Shown: in pieces, positions 13,651 through 25,362 of the stretch
How positions within the stretch are numbered: position 1 is the stretch's first letter
Layout of the letters: each line of letters begins with the position of its first letter
Assembly: GCF_963921235.1 (NCBI RefSeq)
Contig: NC_086097.1
Span: 147,934,001-147,998,000, forward strand
Reading direction: 5' to 3'
Origin: Mobula hypostoma
Taxonomy: Eukaryota
DNA: 64,000 nucleotides
Made by a program: the position numbers and the translations under genes
The notes under the pieces: model-generated
Databases searched by the model: none
Told to the model about the DNA's origin: nothing
What the model saw: the letters and a program-made list of their open reading frames with translations, nothing else

Positions 13651-15955
13651 AAGTCTATTTGAAGATGTATAAATGACCTCCCAAGAGGAGGGCCCAGCAG
13701 TGGCAGATACTGGCAGTGTTTTCCTGAGATTATCTCTCTAGCAGATCATACAGTTTGCCATCACTTTATCTGCTATAATAGGAATATTGGTGCATCCTAC
13801 TCATTTTGATTATACCTATCCTTGATGCTGTTGCACACAGCGTACTTTAGTCCAAAAATCTTGTTCAGAGGTTTTATGATTTGGCAAACATACAAGCAAA
13901 TTATCCACATACTGAAGCACCATGGAAGAGTTTTTATAAGATCTAATTGCCCTTTAAAAGGGTTCAGCAGACATTATTTGCCCCACATTGTTACCTCCTT
14001 TCACTCATGGAGTCTCTGTTACTTGAGCAAGCAAACATTTAATTATCATAATTCTGTGTTGAGGAAAGACTTAGGACTTGATGTTCTCCTTTATATCTGA
14101 AAAGCTGTTAAGTGACATTATAAGAAGCAGATAAAGTGACTTGTGGTTCGCAAGTCCCACAGTACTTAACTGATTCATTGTTTAAGGGTGCTCATGCCCA
14201 ATTAAAAGCATGAATTGTGAAAAAGGTGATTCCAGTATCAACCAAAAAATTTAATTGTTCATTTACAGTAAGAATAACCGGTTCAGAAATCTTTACAATG
14301 GGTAGAACTATAATTGTAGTTTGGGAAGGGGTTATTTAAAATAAACGGCATAGTCTGAGGTGGTGGTGGAGGTGGAAGCTGACTGTTATCAAAGTTGTAG
14401 GTCACATTGGTTAAATGCATATAGAGCAATTAATGTTAAAACTGCCATTTAGATTAAATTTAAAACAGTAGTACAGTCAAAATGCATAGGATAGCCATTA
14501 CAATTTTTTCTAAACAATGTGTACAATATATACCCCATCTCCCTACGTAGATTTAACTCTCTGATGGTTTAACTAAGTTTGATAATGTTGCAAAACACTC
14601 AAGAGTTCTAATTAACACTTCTCATCCCACGCAAGTAACAGAATACATTTCCCTTAACCTGAGTTGCAGCCCATTTATTGTAACATTTATTAAAATGGAC
14701 ATACCCAGCTCAAGGGTTAATCTGAAATATAGTATGTATTCTTACTTACACTCTGTTCATGAGATCCAGTTCATAGGTGCACTTGATGGACCTGAACCTC
14801 ACTCAAGGTACTCCCCCGTTTTTTTTTACTGCCACAATTTTCCTCCATTAACTCCATTACCTAAGTTTCTCAATATGTTGGCGACTAATGTGATGGCCTA
14901 CCTTGACTACTCCACACAGCAAGAAATTTGCATTCCAACAGCATAATCAGTCCTTTGCTCAAATATGAGCTATCTAGGATTTGGGACTGATCAGCTGCCA
15001 GGGCACAATTTCATTCTCCCGTATAACAAAATTGAGGGTTAGCCATCTTGGTGGAACCTCCACTAATTGTCATCGGCAGTTAAATGGACGCCGACAACTT
15101 GCACTGATTCCCTAACCACACTTTATTTACTTATCTACAAAGAGAACTGCTTGGCCCCTGTCACCACAGTGCTCTGAAGTCTGAACAAAGAGTTGCCATT
15201 TTTATACAGAAATTGACCAGTTGTATGCAAATACTGAGTCAATGGAAACTCTGAACCAATCATATACGTTTCAAGTGTAATTGACCAATTAAATCCATGT
15301 GTTAAAAGCCACTAGTACTTGAGAAGTGGTAAAATAACTGTCCACTAGTATAAGAGTTGCGCTTGAATCCTTCGTTTGCATCTTCATCTTGACTTGGTAT
15401 ACTCAGTGAACTTGGTGCCCACACTTGAAAAGAAATGTTGTGCAAAGTGTCTGCACACTGTTTGGTGAGCACAGATCTTAACCCTTTCCACAATTTCCAC
15501 CATTCTTTCCCTCTGTTCCCCATAGGGCATTGTTCAACCTATGGCTTGATGTCTGTCCTCCAAGGGCACCCATTTCCCAGTCAGATACGATCACTCTACC
15601 TTTCCTTTGAATCTTGTATCCTTACTAATCACACTGCTGATGGTTTCCCCAACTTCTGTCTATACCGATTCCCCAAATCCACCAAATGCCTTGGAGGAGT
15701 AGGTGGTCATGGATTTTGGTTTCTCCTCCACCCCACTCCCTCTCGTGTTTAAGATTCCCTATTTCCTCCTCTATCCGAGAGATTGTCTTGTGTTGTTTTA
15801 TGATAGCTGCCAGCAGCCTAAAAGCATATCTTTACCTCCCCTTCTTCTCCAGGAACCCTAATCCCTTTACAATGGGCCCAAGGTAGTGTCCCATCTTTTC
15901 CCCTTGGAGGTCCAGCTTGTCCATCAAATCAACCTGTGCACCATAGACCCTAGTC

Positions 15956-16718
15956 CAGCGGTCCCCAACCACCGGGCCGCAAAGCATGTGCTACCGGGCC
16001 GCAAGGAAATGATATGAGTCAGCTGCACCTTTCCTCATTCCCTATCACGCACTGTTGAACTTGAACAAAGAGTTGCCAACTGTCCTGTGTTTGCCGGGAC
16101 ATCCTGTATATTGGGCTAAAGTGGTTTGTCCCACACGGGACCTCCCTTGTCCCGTATTTCCACCGCTAAGGTAGAGCGTTCCTATGAAATCTTTCGTGCC
16201 GAAATGGCGTAAATCGAAGAAGCAATTACCATTAATTTATATGGGAAAAATTTTCGAGCATTCCCAGACCCAAAAAATAACCTTCCAAATCATACCAAAT
16301 AACACATAAAACCTAAAATAACACTAAAATATAGTAAAAGCAGGAATGATATGATAAATATACAGCCTATATAAAATAGAAATAATGTATGTACAGTGTA
16401 GTTTTACTGAACAGAATCGCTCAAAACCGATTTGTGGAAAGAAAAATCGGCACATACGCGCGTGCACACACAGGTGACCGTGCAAGGCTTCATGGTCATG
16501 GTAGTCTTTCTCGGGGTAAACACAAGTGTCCCGTATTTGACTGCTACTTTTGTCCCTTATTTGGGAGTGAGAAAGTTGGCAACCCTAACTGTAAAAGACA
16601 TGTTGAGGTGAGTTTAACTCTACTTGAACGCCACCCTCCCCACCCCCGGTCGGCCGGTCAGCAAGAATATTGTCAATATTAAACCGATCTGCGGTGCATA
16701 AAAGGTTGGGGACTCCTG
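15956..16718 (+). mobile_element. Non-autonomous hAT (related subfamily, different interior)
   Basis: TIRs CAGCGGTCCCCAACC / GGTTGGGGACTCCTG and 8-bp TSD CCCTAGTC. Confidence 0.9.
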
Positions 16719-16921
16719 CCCTAGTCTACCATTAAATTGGCCAGGCTGCTAAACCGTGTGAAGTTATTGGTTCACCCTGTTACTTGGTATTCTTCGTATG
16801 GTGGTGGTGGTGGGGGGGTGTCTTCCTTACTGTTATTCTGAATCATTTTTGCTGTCTGCTGCACTTGCCAGATCCTTGCCAACTACGCCAAATTTTACAT
16901 GAAAAGGTTCACATATCATCG

Positions 16922-17218
16922 CCATAAGACAAAGGAGCAGAATTAGGCCATTTGGTCCATCGAGTCTGCTCCACCATTCAATCGTGGCTGATCCTTTCTT
17001 CCCTTCCTCACTCTCCCGAGATTTTTCCCCGTAATCTTTGATGCCCTGTCCAATCAAAACTTATTAAGTACTGCCTTAAATACACCCAATGACCTGGCCT
17101 CCACGGCTTCTTGTGGTAATAAATTCCACAAATTCAACACCCTTTGGCTAAAGAAATTTCTCCGAATCTCAGTTTTAAATGGACACCCCTCTAATCTGAG
17201 GCTGTGCCCTCTTGTCCT
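16922..17218 (-). mobile_element. CR1 3' fragment
   Basis: Minus-strand RTRGHSLRL..RNFFSQRVLNLWNLLP and CR1 3' UTR. Confidence 0.8.
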
Positions 17219-17659
17219 TTGAGATTCTCTAAGGGGCAAAATAATTCTTGAAGCTGGACTTGTGAACCAGTACTCCCATGGGAGAGTCCGTTTGTTCAAG
17301 ATGGATTTTGAGTGACATTCAGAAAGTGGTGTGTGCTTTCACGCAGATCGAGGGTCCAGTATGCGAGTCAAAGAAAATTGCAAGATGAGCTGCAACTTGT
17401 GTGCACATATGCCCTTTTGTTTCTTTCCTTTCTTTTCTTTAATAACTGTTTGGTTAAGTTAGCGTTCTTATACTTTCTCTATAATTGTATGCAGTTTACG
17501 ATCTGTTATTTCTTGCCAAAGGGTGATTGTAGGAGGCAGTAAATCACACAGCGTTCACACAAACCGGGGTTTTGGTGGGTGAGACATCCCAACCTTTAAG
17601 GGTTTGGCGGAACTAAAGTCATATGCACCCTGGCTGTTAGCGAAGGGCTAGTGAACCAC

Positions 17660-18287
17660 ATTTCCAAAGACGCCCAGTATAAAGGGATTACACAGGAAAC
17701 ACACCAAATATAGATAACTGTATTACCAGTTCTGGAACAATGAAAAAGGTTTATACAATATATCTATAATAAAATTAATGTAGCAAAATTTTACCAACCG
17801 AGCTCAGAATTACCAACAAACACGAAGATTATGAACTTTTGGTCTAATATCTTTTCAAACAGGGTGACGCACAATTAAGGAGCAAGCTGGATGAGGGAGG
17901 AAGAATAATGCACTCACACAGTTTAAGACATGCAAACACCTAAAGTTACAATGGATATGCAAAAAGCAGTTACAAAAAAATACCCAAAGCTGAAAAAGAA
18001 ACGGCAGTGATAATATTCATAATGGTTGGTATAAAAAAAACTTACTTGCCTTCATCTATACACAAAGCATATCAACAATTTTCTTAAGAATCCTGAAAAA
18101 GTGCCGGAATATTCGACGGAAGTAAAAACGTATCTCTTACTGAAGCAGAAATCACAAATGTCCCATCAAAATATCATCTACCACTTGTTTACAAACTATA
18201 TATAAAATTGTAACATCATGCATTTCACAACTAATCAACACTCACTTAGATAACCACAATATACTTACAGAAGAGCAGAAAGCATGC
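17660..18287 (+). mobile_element. Decayed RT fragment, R4/Rex6-like non-LTR element
   Basis: Conceptual translation TYLL.K...PSKY..TCLQTIYKIVTSCISQLINTHLDNHNILTEEQKAC resembles the start of R4-clade RT. Confidence 0.55.
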
Positions 18288-18289
18288 TG

Positions 18290-19125
18290 TAAAGAATCTG
18301 GTTGGTAGGGCAAAAAGACACAAATTCTTCTCCCAGTGGCCACACGTTTTAATTCCACATCCCATTCCCATTCTGACATGTCTATCCACGGCCTCGTCTA
18401 CTGTAAAGATGAAGCCACACTCAGATTGGAGGAACAACACCTTATACTCCATCTGGGTAGCCTCCAACCTGATGGTATGAACATTGACTTCTCTAACTTC
18501 CGCTAATGCCCCACCACCCCCTCGTACCCGACCCGTTATTTATATATATATACACACATGCTTTCTCTCTCTCTCCTTTTCCTCCCTCTGTCCCTCTCAC
18601 TATACCCCTTGCCCATTCTCTGGTTTTATCCCCCCTCCCCCTTTTCCTTCTCCCTGGGCCTCCTGTCCCATGATCTTCTCATATCCCTTTTGCCAATCAC
18701 CTGTCCAGCTCTTGGCTCCATCCCTCCCCCTCCTGTCTTCTCCTACCATTTTGGATCTCCCCCTCCCCCTCCCACTTTCAAATCTCTTACTAGCTCTTCC
18801 TTCAGTTAGTCCTAACGAAGGGTCTCGGCTTGAAACGTCGACTGTACCTCTTCCTAGAGATGCTGCCTGGCCTGCTGCATTCACCAGTTGTGTGTTGCTT
18901 GCATTTCCAGCATCTGCAGAATTCCTCATGTTTACAAATTCTTCTTGCCTGTTTCAAAAATTTTGTTTATTAGCACAGAACAGAGCAACTATTAAAATAC
19001 TTACCTAGATGTGCATTGGCCCCCTCACTGCAACACACACCCCACTCTGCCCAATTTGCGGCACTGGTCACGATCCTGCCCATCGTTGAGGCCCCAGTAA
19101 ACTTCTTTTGAGCCCCTGACTGCTC
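18290..19125. repeat. Unclassified (possibly solo-LTR) repeat, copy B, interrupted by PLE
   Basis: Diverged direct copy of 8790-10535. Shared blocks include gaacagagcaa..attaaaatactta and taaacttc.tttgagcccc. Confidence 0.65.
18332..18933 (+). mobile_element. Penelope-like element 3' fragment (GIY-YIG C-terminus + pLTR)
   Basis: Encodes PVATRFNSTSHSHSDMSIHGLVYC..RLEEQHLILHLGSLQPDGMNIDF, typical of the end of PLE endonucleases. 12-bp TSD ACAAATTCTTCT (18320-31 / 18934-45). Confidence 0.85.
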
Positions 19126-19310
19126 TTCTTTTATGCTCAGTCCACGTATATAAAATACTGGAGTAAGTGGCCTAATACATTCGTACCAGCTCAAACCGCC
19201 AAATCAATTATTACTTGCCACCACTCTTCCTGAGTCCTGCCCCTGTGTTCATGTTGTGTTTCATGTTCCCATTCTCAAGGTCACCCTCAAAGCTTTTGCG
19301 GTTATATAAA

Positions 19311-19592
19311 GCATGGTAGCATAGTGGTTAGCACATGGTGATTACAGTGCTAACGACCTGGATTCAATTCCCGCTGCTGCATGTAAGGAGTTTGTATGTT
19401 CTCCCCATGACCACATGGGTTTCCCCTGGGTGATTTGGTTTCCTCCCACAGGTCAAGGATGTACCAGTTAGTAGGTTAATTGATCATTGTAAAGTGTCCT
19501 ATGATTAGGCGAGGGTTAAATTGGGGGTTGCTGGCTTGCACAATTTGAAGGGCCAGAAGGGTCTACTCTGTGCTGTGTCTCGAGAAATAAAT
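19311..19592 (+). mobile_element. tRNA-derived V-SINE (HE1-like)
   Basis: A-box-like tagcatagtggtt, B-box-like gattcaattcc, V-domain ggagtttgtatgttctcccc, and CR1-like 3' tail gaagggccagaagggtct..tgctgt. Confidence 0.75.
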
Positions 19593-22257
19593 ACACTCAT
19601 GCCTAACACTGTGGAATGTTTAAGATAGGAGAATCAGGTTCATTTTCACTGAGTACACTATGTCATGAAATTTGTTGTTTGTCAGCAGTACAGTTCAAGA
19701 CATTAAAAATTACTATAAGTTACAATATAAATAAAAGCATGAATAAAACAATAAAAGTATGGAACAATGTAAGTGGAAATAAACTGTTTTATAATCATGT
19801 TGGTGACTTTGAAATAAGAGGAAATAAAATAAAAAGTGTGATTTTTTGAATGGGGAACAGAAAAAAACTATGGGTACACTCATAGTTCAGAGGCAATACA
19901 ATTTCCTTTAAAGTTGGTATTTGAGGCTGAAGCTCAGTAAGCATTCAGTATTGGATTGGAAAGACAGAAGGAGAGCATAGGATAGGATTAATCAACATGC
20001 TTGCATGTTCCTGGATATACTGGTCAGATATTTAATTAATTTTCTTACCTTTGTTAATTCTGTGTGTTATGGTTTCATTGTATTTTGTGAAATATTTTTA
20101 ACACTGTCATAGTAAAATATTGCTAAATTCAGTTGACTTAAGCTTTTACTTGCAGAGGAACAGATGGGGAGCCAGTTTTGCAACACCTTAAGTCATTGAA
20201 GACTCCAGTGAAGCAAACACTCTGTCTCCTGTAATTAAATTGCACTGCTTCAGTCTTAGGTGTAGACAGTTTGTCGTGTAACCAAAGTATTTGTGTTGTT
20301 TGCAGAGTCCAACTTCTAATGCATGATTTATGTAAAATGTACAATATATAGGCAGTGCAGTTGGTAGACATTCATTTGTGTGCACACACAACGAAGCATT
20401 ATTAGACATGACCTCTTGTCCTAATTACTGTCCATTTACCAAATTAAAGGCAATTGTTGATCCTGTTTATCATATTTAAGATAATTCCATGTGATTACCC
20501 AGTTAGAAGACTGTCAGTGGAGAGGAATAAATCTTTTTCACATTTTATTATTTAGAAGGAGGTCATTCAGACCATGGAGTTTATGCCAGCATTCAGATTG
20601 ATCCCATTCTCTCCTTGCCCTGAGATATTCTCTGACATGTCTATCAACTGCATCATAAATTTTGTGTGCCTGTTCTTAGGTTCAAGCATATTCAGGAATA
20701 AATCTTCTCTCTACTTGAACCAAAGATGTTTCTTAGCAGCCACTCATACAAGTAGGAATATTTTGGGCGGGAGGGAAGAAAGATCACAGGCAGTAAGGAA
20801 AGCAGACAGAGTCAATTTAAATGATTAGATGTGTGGCTTGTGTGGGCAGTCCCAATTGCAGAAGAGGATCTCGATCACAGTGGGTAGGAATGTATATTGA
20901 ATGGGGACGTGAATGTGTCGATGTCCTTGGGTGCCCAAATTGTGGGGTTCCAACCTGTTGGGAGTTAAAAGTTAATCTTTTTGTTTTCTTCTTTTGTTCA
21001 AGCAATCAGATCGGAATCTGTTCTTGACAATTGTGACCTCTACCTATCCAGCAGTCTCACCAAAACATTCACGAATAGGCATATTGCAAGGTTAGTTAAT
21101 GCATCTTTTTTTTTTACTGTTCTAGCATATAACAGCTTGGTTTTATTTCCCATATTTGCATGATGAGATGATTAATCTAAAGTGATGAATTTTCAATTCA
21201 AATTTTCTTTGATTTGTCAACAAAAATCTAACAAAAACTGCAGATGATGGACTCTGAAACATAATAAGACATGTAGGAAGAACTCAGCTAGTCAAGTAAT
21301 ACCTTTATGCAAAGTAAGTCAATGTTTTGGGTCAGCAATCCCTCTGTAGAATTGAGAAGTGAATGGAAGGTTTCAAGTTTTCAAAGTGGAGCTTTATAAT
21401 GGAGATGTGGAGTACAAGACAGAAGACCAAATGAAGATTAATTTATCATGCTGCATTTATGTTGAATTGGAAGTCAGATCTGGGACTGCAACTGAGAATG
21501 GTCTGGTGGGTGCAGTTTTTGATGTTATGATGGACTCTGCCAAGACTTAACCAAACAACACTTAAAATATTGGAATAAGACAAACAAGTGATTCCGACTA
21601 GAATCTGTACGGTGACCTTTGGTTACTGTTCTGTACAACAGTTATGTTGTTCCCTGTAAAAGCATATCCATCTCAGTTTTGAAGAATTCATTGGATCACA
21701 ATTTTTTTTTGCTAATTTTCATCAGTTTTCTGTACTGTTTCTTATGAAGATCTGCTTCCTATTTTATGTTTTGAATTTTCAACCACTTATTTTAAGCAAA
21801 CTTCCCTGCTCCAGATTATACAAGAATCCTAGCAAACTTTCATTTTGAAGCTTTTAAAGATGTACAGTAATCCATCATTCAGCCTATAAACCTGAGTATA
21901 TAGGATTGTTTGTTTACTCATGCTTCAGTATAGGATTCAGAACACTGACCACAATTTCGCTATTGCAGGTTAATAATTGTGCTGTACATTTGTGAAGTAG
22001 GTGCCTTTGGGAAACCAGGGACTTGCACAAGGGCAAAAGGTGTTAACAGAAGCCTGGAAATAGACCTGTTTACTCAAATTTAAGTAATTCAGTTCTAGCA
22101 TCTTAACAGTTTCATTCATGGTTTCACCATCTATGCTCATTTTTTATGTATGAGTTATCTGTTGAATGTCGTTGCTAAACACTTTCCCACCAGGTCCAAC
22201 CCCTTGTTTGGACAGGCCAGCTGTTTTAGCTAGCCTCTTCTACCTTACCGCGGGCAG

Positions 22258-24690
22258 ATGGAACCGCTCCCAACTCCTGCCAACCTCAGCACCTGGTATG
22301 AAGATAAGACAGTCAAGTGTGCTGCTTGTTGCGAGAAGGGAACACTTCAATATATTTTGAATGCATGCAGAGTCAATCTTCCCAGCGTCATGTACACTTG
22401 GAAACATAACAATGTTCTCAAAGTTGTTACAGAAGCGGTTGAGCAGAGAGTACTGCAGCACAACTTATCTCATGCCCCATGCTGCACAGAACATCGCATA
22501 TTATTTGTGAAAAAAAGGCTCCAAGTCAAGAGTGTATAGCGCAAGCCCATGATCAAGCATACATTCTTCAGCCAATGACTGGGGTGTCAAGGCTGACCTG
22601 GATGGGAAAGGCAGTTTCCTGGAGCAAATAGCTTTCACCACATTGCATCCGGATATAATTGTATGGTCTGACACCAGTAGAGAAGTGGTTATTGGTGAAC
22701 TTACAGTCCCCTGGGAAGACAACATCGATGAACCCCATGAGCGCAAGTTAACCAAGTATGCAGAATTAAGATCAGAGTGCAGAGACAGAGGATGGAAGGT
22801 CTCATGCTATTCATTCGAAGTAGATTGTCGTGACAAGAAAGGAGGGAGAGAGAAAACAGTGAATTATAGACCAGTTAGCCTGACATCAGTGGTGGAGAAG
22901 GTGCTGGAGTCAATAATAAAAGATGAAATAGCTGTACATTTGGATAGCAGTAACAGGATTGGTCCGAGTCAGCATGGATTTACAAAGGGGAAATCATGTT
23001 TGACAAATCTTCTAGAATTTTTTGAGGATGTAACTAAGCAAATGGACAAGGGAGAGCCAGTGGATGTAGTGTACATCAGGATTCTGATTTATAACTTTCA
23101 GAAAGCCTTTGATAAGGTCCCACATAGGAGATAAGTGGGTAAAATTGGAGCACATGGTATTGGGGGTAGGGTACTGACATGGATAGAAAATTGGTTGGCA
23201 GACAGTAAGCAAAGAGTAGGGATTAACGGATCTCTTTCAGAATAGCAGGCAGTGACTAGTGGGGTACCACAAGGCTCGGTGCTGGGACCGCAGCTATTTA
23301 CAATATACATTAATGATTTAGATGAAGGGATTAAAAGTAACATTAGCAAATTTGCAGATGACACAAAACTGGGTGGCAGTGTGAAATGTGAGGAGGATAT
23401 TATGAGAATGCAGGGTGACTTGGACGGGTTGGGTGAGTGGGCGGATGCAGTTTAATGAGGATAATTTGAGGTTATCCACTTTGGTAGCAAGAACAGGAAG
23501 GCAGATTACTATCTGAATGGTGTCAAGTTAGGAAAAGGGGAAGTAAAACGAGACTTAGGTGTCCTTGTTCATCAGTCACTGAAAGTAAGCATGCAGGTAC
23601 AGCAGGCAGTGAAGAAAGCTAATGGCATGTTGACCTTCATAAAAAGGAGAGTTGAGTATAGGAGCAAAGAGGTCCTTCTGCAGTTGTACAGGACCCTGGT
23701 GAGATCACACCTGGAGTATTGTGTGCAGTTTTGGTCTCCAAATTTGAGGAAGGACATTCTAGCTATTGAGGGAGTGCAGCGTAGGTTCAAGAGGTTAATT
23801 CCCGGGATGACGGGACTGTCATATATTGAAAGATTGGAGTGACTGGGCTTGTATACACTGGAATTTAGAAGGATGAGAGAGGATCTGCTTGAAACATGTA
23901 AGATTATTAAGGGATAGGACATGCTAGAGGCTGGAAACATGTTCCTGATGTTGGGGGAGTCCAGAACCAGAGGCCACAGTTTAAGAATAAGGGGTAGGCC
24001 ATTTAGAACGGAGTTGAGGGAAAACTTTTTCACCCAGAGAGTTGTGGATCTGTGAAATGCTGTGCCTCTGAAGGCAGTGGAGGCCAATTCTCTCGATGCT
24101 TTCAAGAAAGAGTTGGATGGAGCTCTTAAAGATAGTGGAGTCAAGGGATATGGGGAGAAGGCAGGAAAAGGGTACTGATTGTGGATGATCAGCCATGATC
24201 ATAGTGAATGGCGGTGCTGGCTCGAAGGGCCGAATGGCCTGCTCCTGCACCTATTGTCTATTGGCTTTATTGCATTCACATTCCAGAGTGAATGCAGTGG
24301 CTGCATGACCTTGGCTTCACTAGAAGAGAGATCAAGTCAACCAGCAGGGCTGTAGCTGAAGCAGCAGAGACAGAATCATCATGGGTGTGGACCAAGTACG
24401 TTCAGAGGGGCAGATAGTCGGACAGTGTATCTGTCCTTTGCAAACCCTTCAGTAGTTGCATAGACACCTAAAGAGCAGACTATCTGTTGGATGGAAGCGA
24501 CCAACAACTCTAATAGAGGCGATGCCAAGTTTTTAAGCTCACCAGTGGGAGGTTGTGCTTTATCACTGCTAGCCCACCACCCCGAGAGTGTCTTCATCAT
24601 AAGTGGGCGGAAACTCCTGAAGACAAGTGGCTGATCAACTGATGATCCCACTGGTGATAGCACAGGACAGTTAACATCTTAGTCCAAGTG
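22258..24690 (+). mobile_element. Second HERO-like REL-endonuclease element fragment, split by CR1
   Basis: PDIIVWSD..VIGELTVPWE..ERK..KYAEL..C...GW...EVDCRGF (PD-(D/E)xK REL core). Spans 22258-22832 and 24264-~24690. Confidence 0.8.
22834..24263 (+). mobile_element. CR1 LINE, 5'-truncated, inserted into HERO-like element
   Basis: [25 protein letters not shown] and tail ctattgtctattg. The host reading frame EVDCR|GFIA resumes after it. Confidence 0.92.
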
Positions 24691-25075
24691 TATTTTCAAT
24701 TCTAACATGGAATGATAGAGCTGTGAAGGATTCTGATTTATAATTGTAGGTCCTCCAACTACTGGGGCCTAAAAATTCATAGATAATGTGTGTTTGTGAG
24801 GTTTTATGTACAACTATATCCTCAAAATAATTCTTGTGACTTTGGATGCCTTGATGATTACTTGTTCCTAAACCTCTTTAAGCCCCTGATGCCAGCAGGC
24901 AACCTTCTTCCAGAATTAAGTCATCCTTTTTTTTAGAGGATCCAAAGTGATTCTGTATTCCCTATATACAACTGATCAGTGACAAAATCACATGATTTCT
25001 TTTTACTTTTTCCTTCTTGATCCCAGTGCATTAGAAGTTGAACGACCCAAGCCTTTTACTTAATTAATGAAATAT

Positions 25076-25362
25076 TGTAGCGATGTGCTACACACAGCGT
25101 TAGAATAACCACACGGAGTCGTTGAGTTAGAGTTGCGATGAAAGAGATTTATTCAAACTTCGCGGCCCGCTTTAAAGCCTTCCTGTTCCCGCCCTCCCTG
25201 GGCGGGACTACTGTGGGGAATGCATATTCCCAGACCCTTTCTGTGCGCGGGATTTTCCCCCTGCTGGTGAAGATGGCCTGGCGCCCTTTTTGCTGCCGGC
25301 CCTCTGCCTGCGTGCGCTGTTTCGTGAGCCGGTTCGTGGGTGCCAGAAAGTGGGTCGCCACA
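25076..25362 (-). repeat. 3' LTR of Gypsy element
   Basis: Preceded on the minus strand by a G-rich polypurine tract (plus-strand C-run at about 25366-25374). Contains AATAAA on the minus strand. Confidence 0.95.

Larger units (their letters stand above)
12070..17280 (-). mobile_element. Heavily decayed retrovirus-like (ERV) internal region, interrupted by younger elements
   Basis: Integrase C-terminal-like LEPLWEGAFQELQTT..KPTWVHALHIK (12098-12220), degenerate knuckle near 15470-15505, PPPPPPYEE (PPxY) near 16790-16820. Confidence 0.45.

Noticed and set aside
18484..19008. 174-aa Pro/Ser/Leu-rich ORF and similar ORFs at 29842-30224 and 43313-43694
   Set aside because: Chance frames through the pyrimidine-rich PLE 3' UTR/pLTR repeat, with no domain signal.
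19311..19375. tRNA-like sequence
   Set aside because: SINE head with degenerate boxes. No full cloverleaf.
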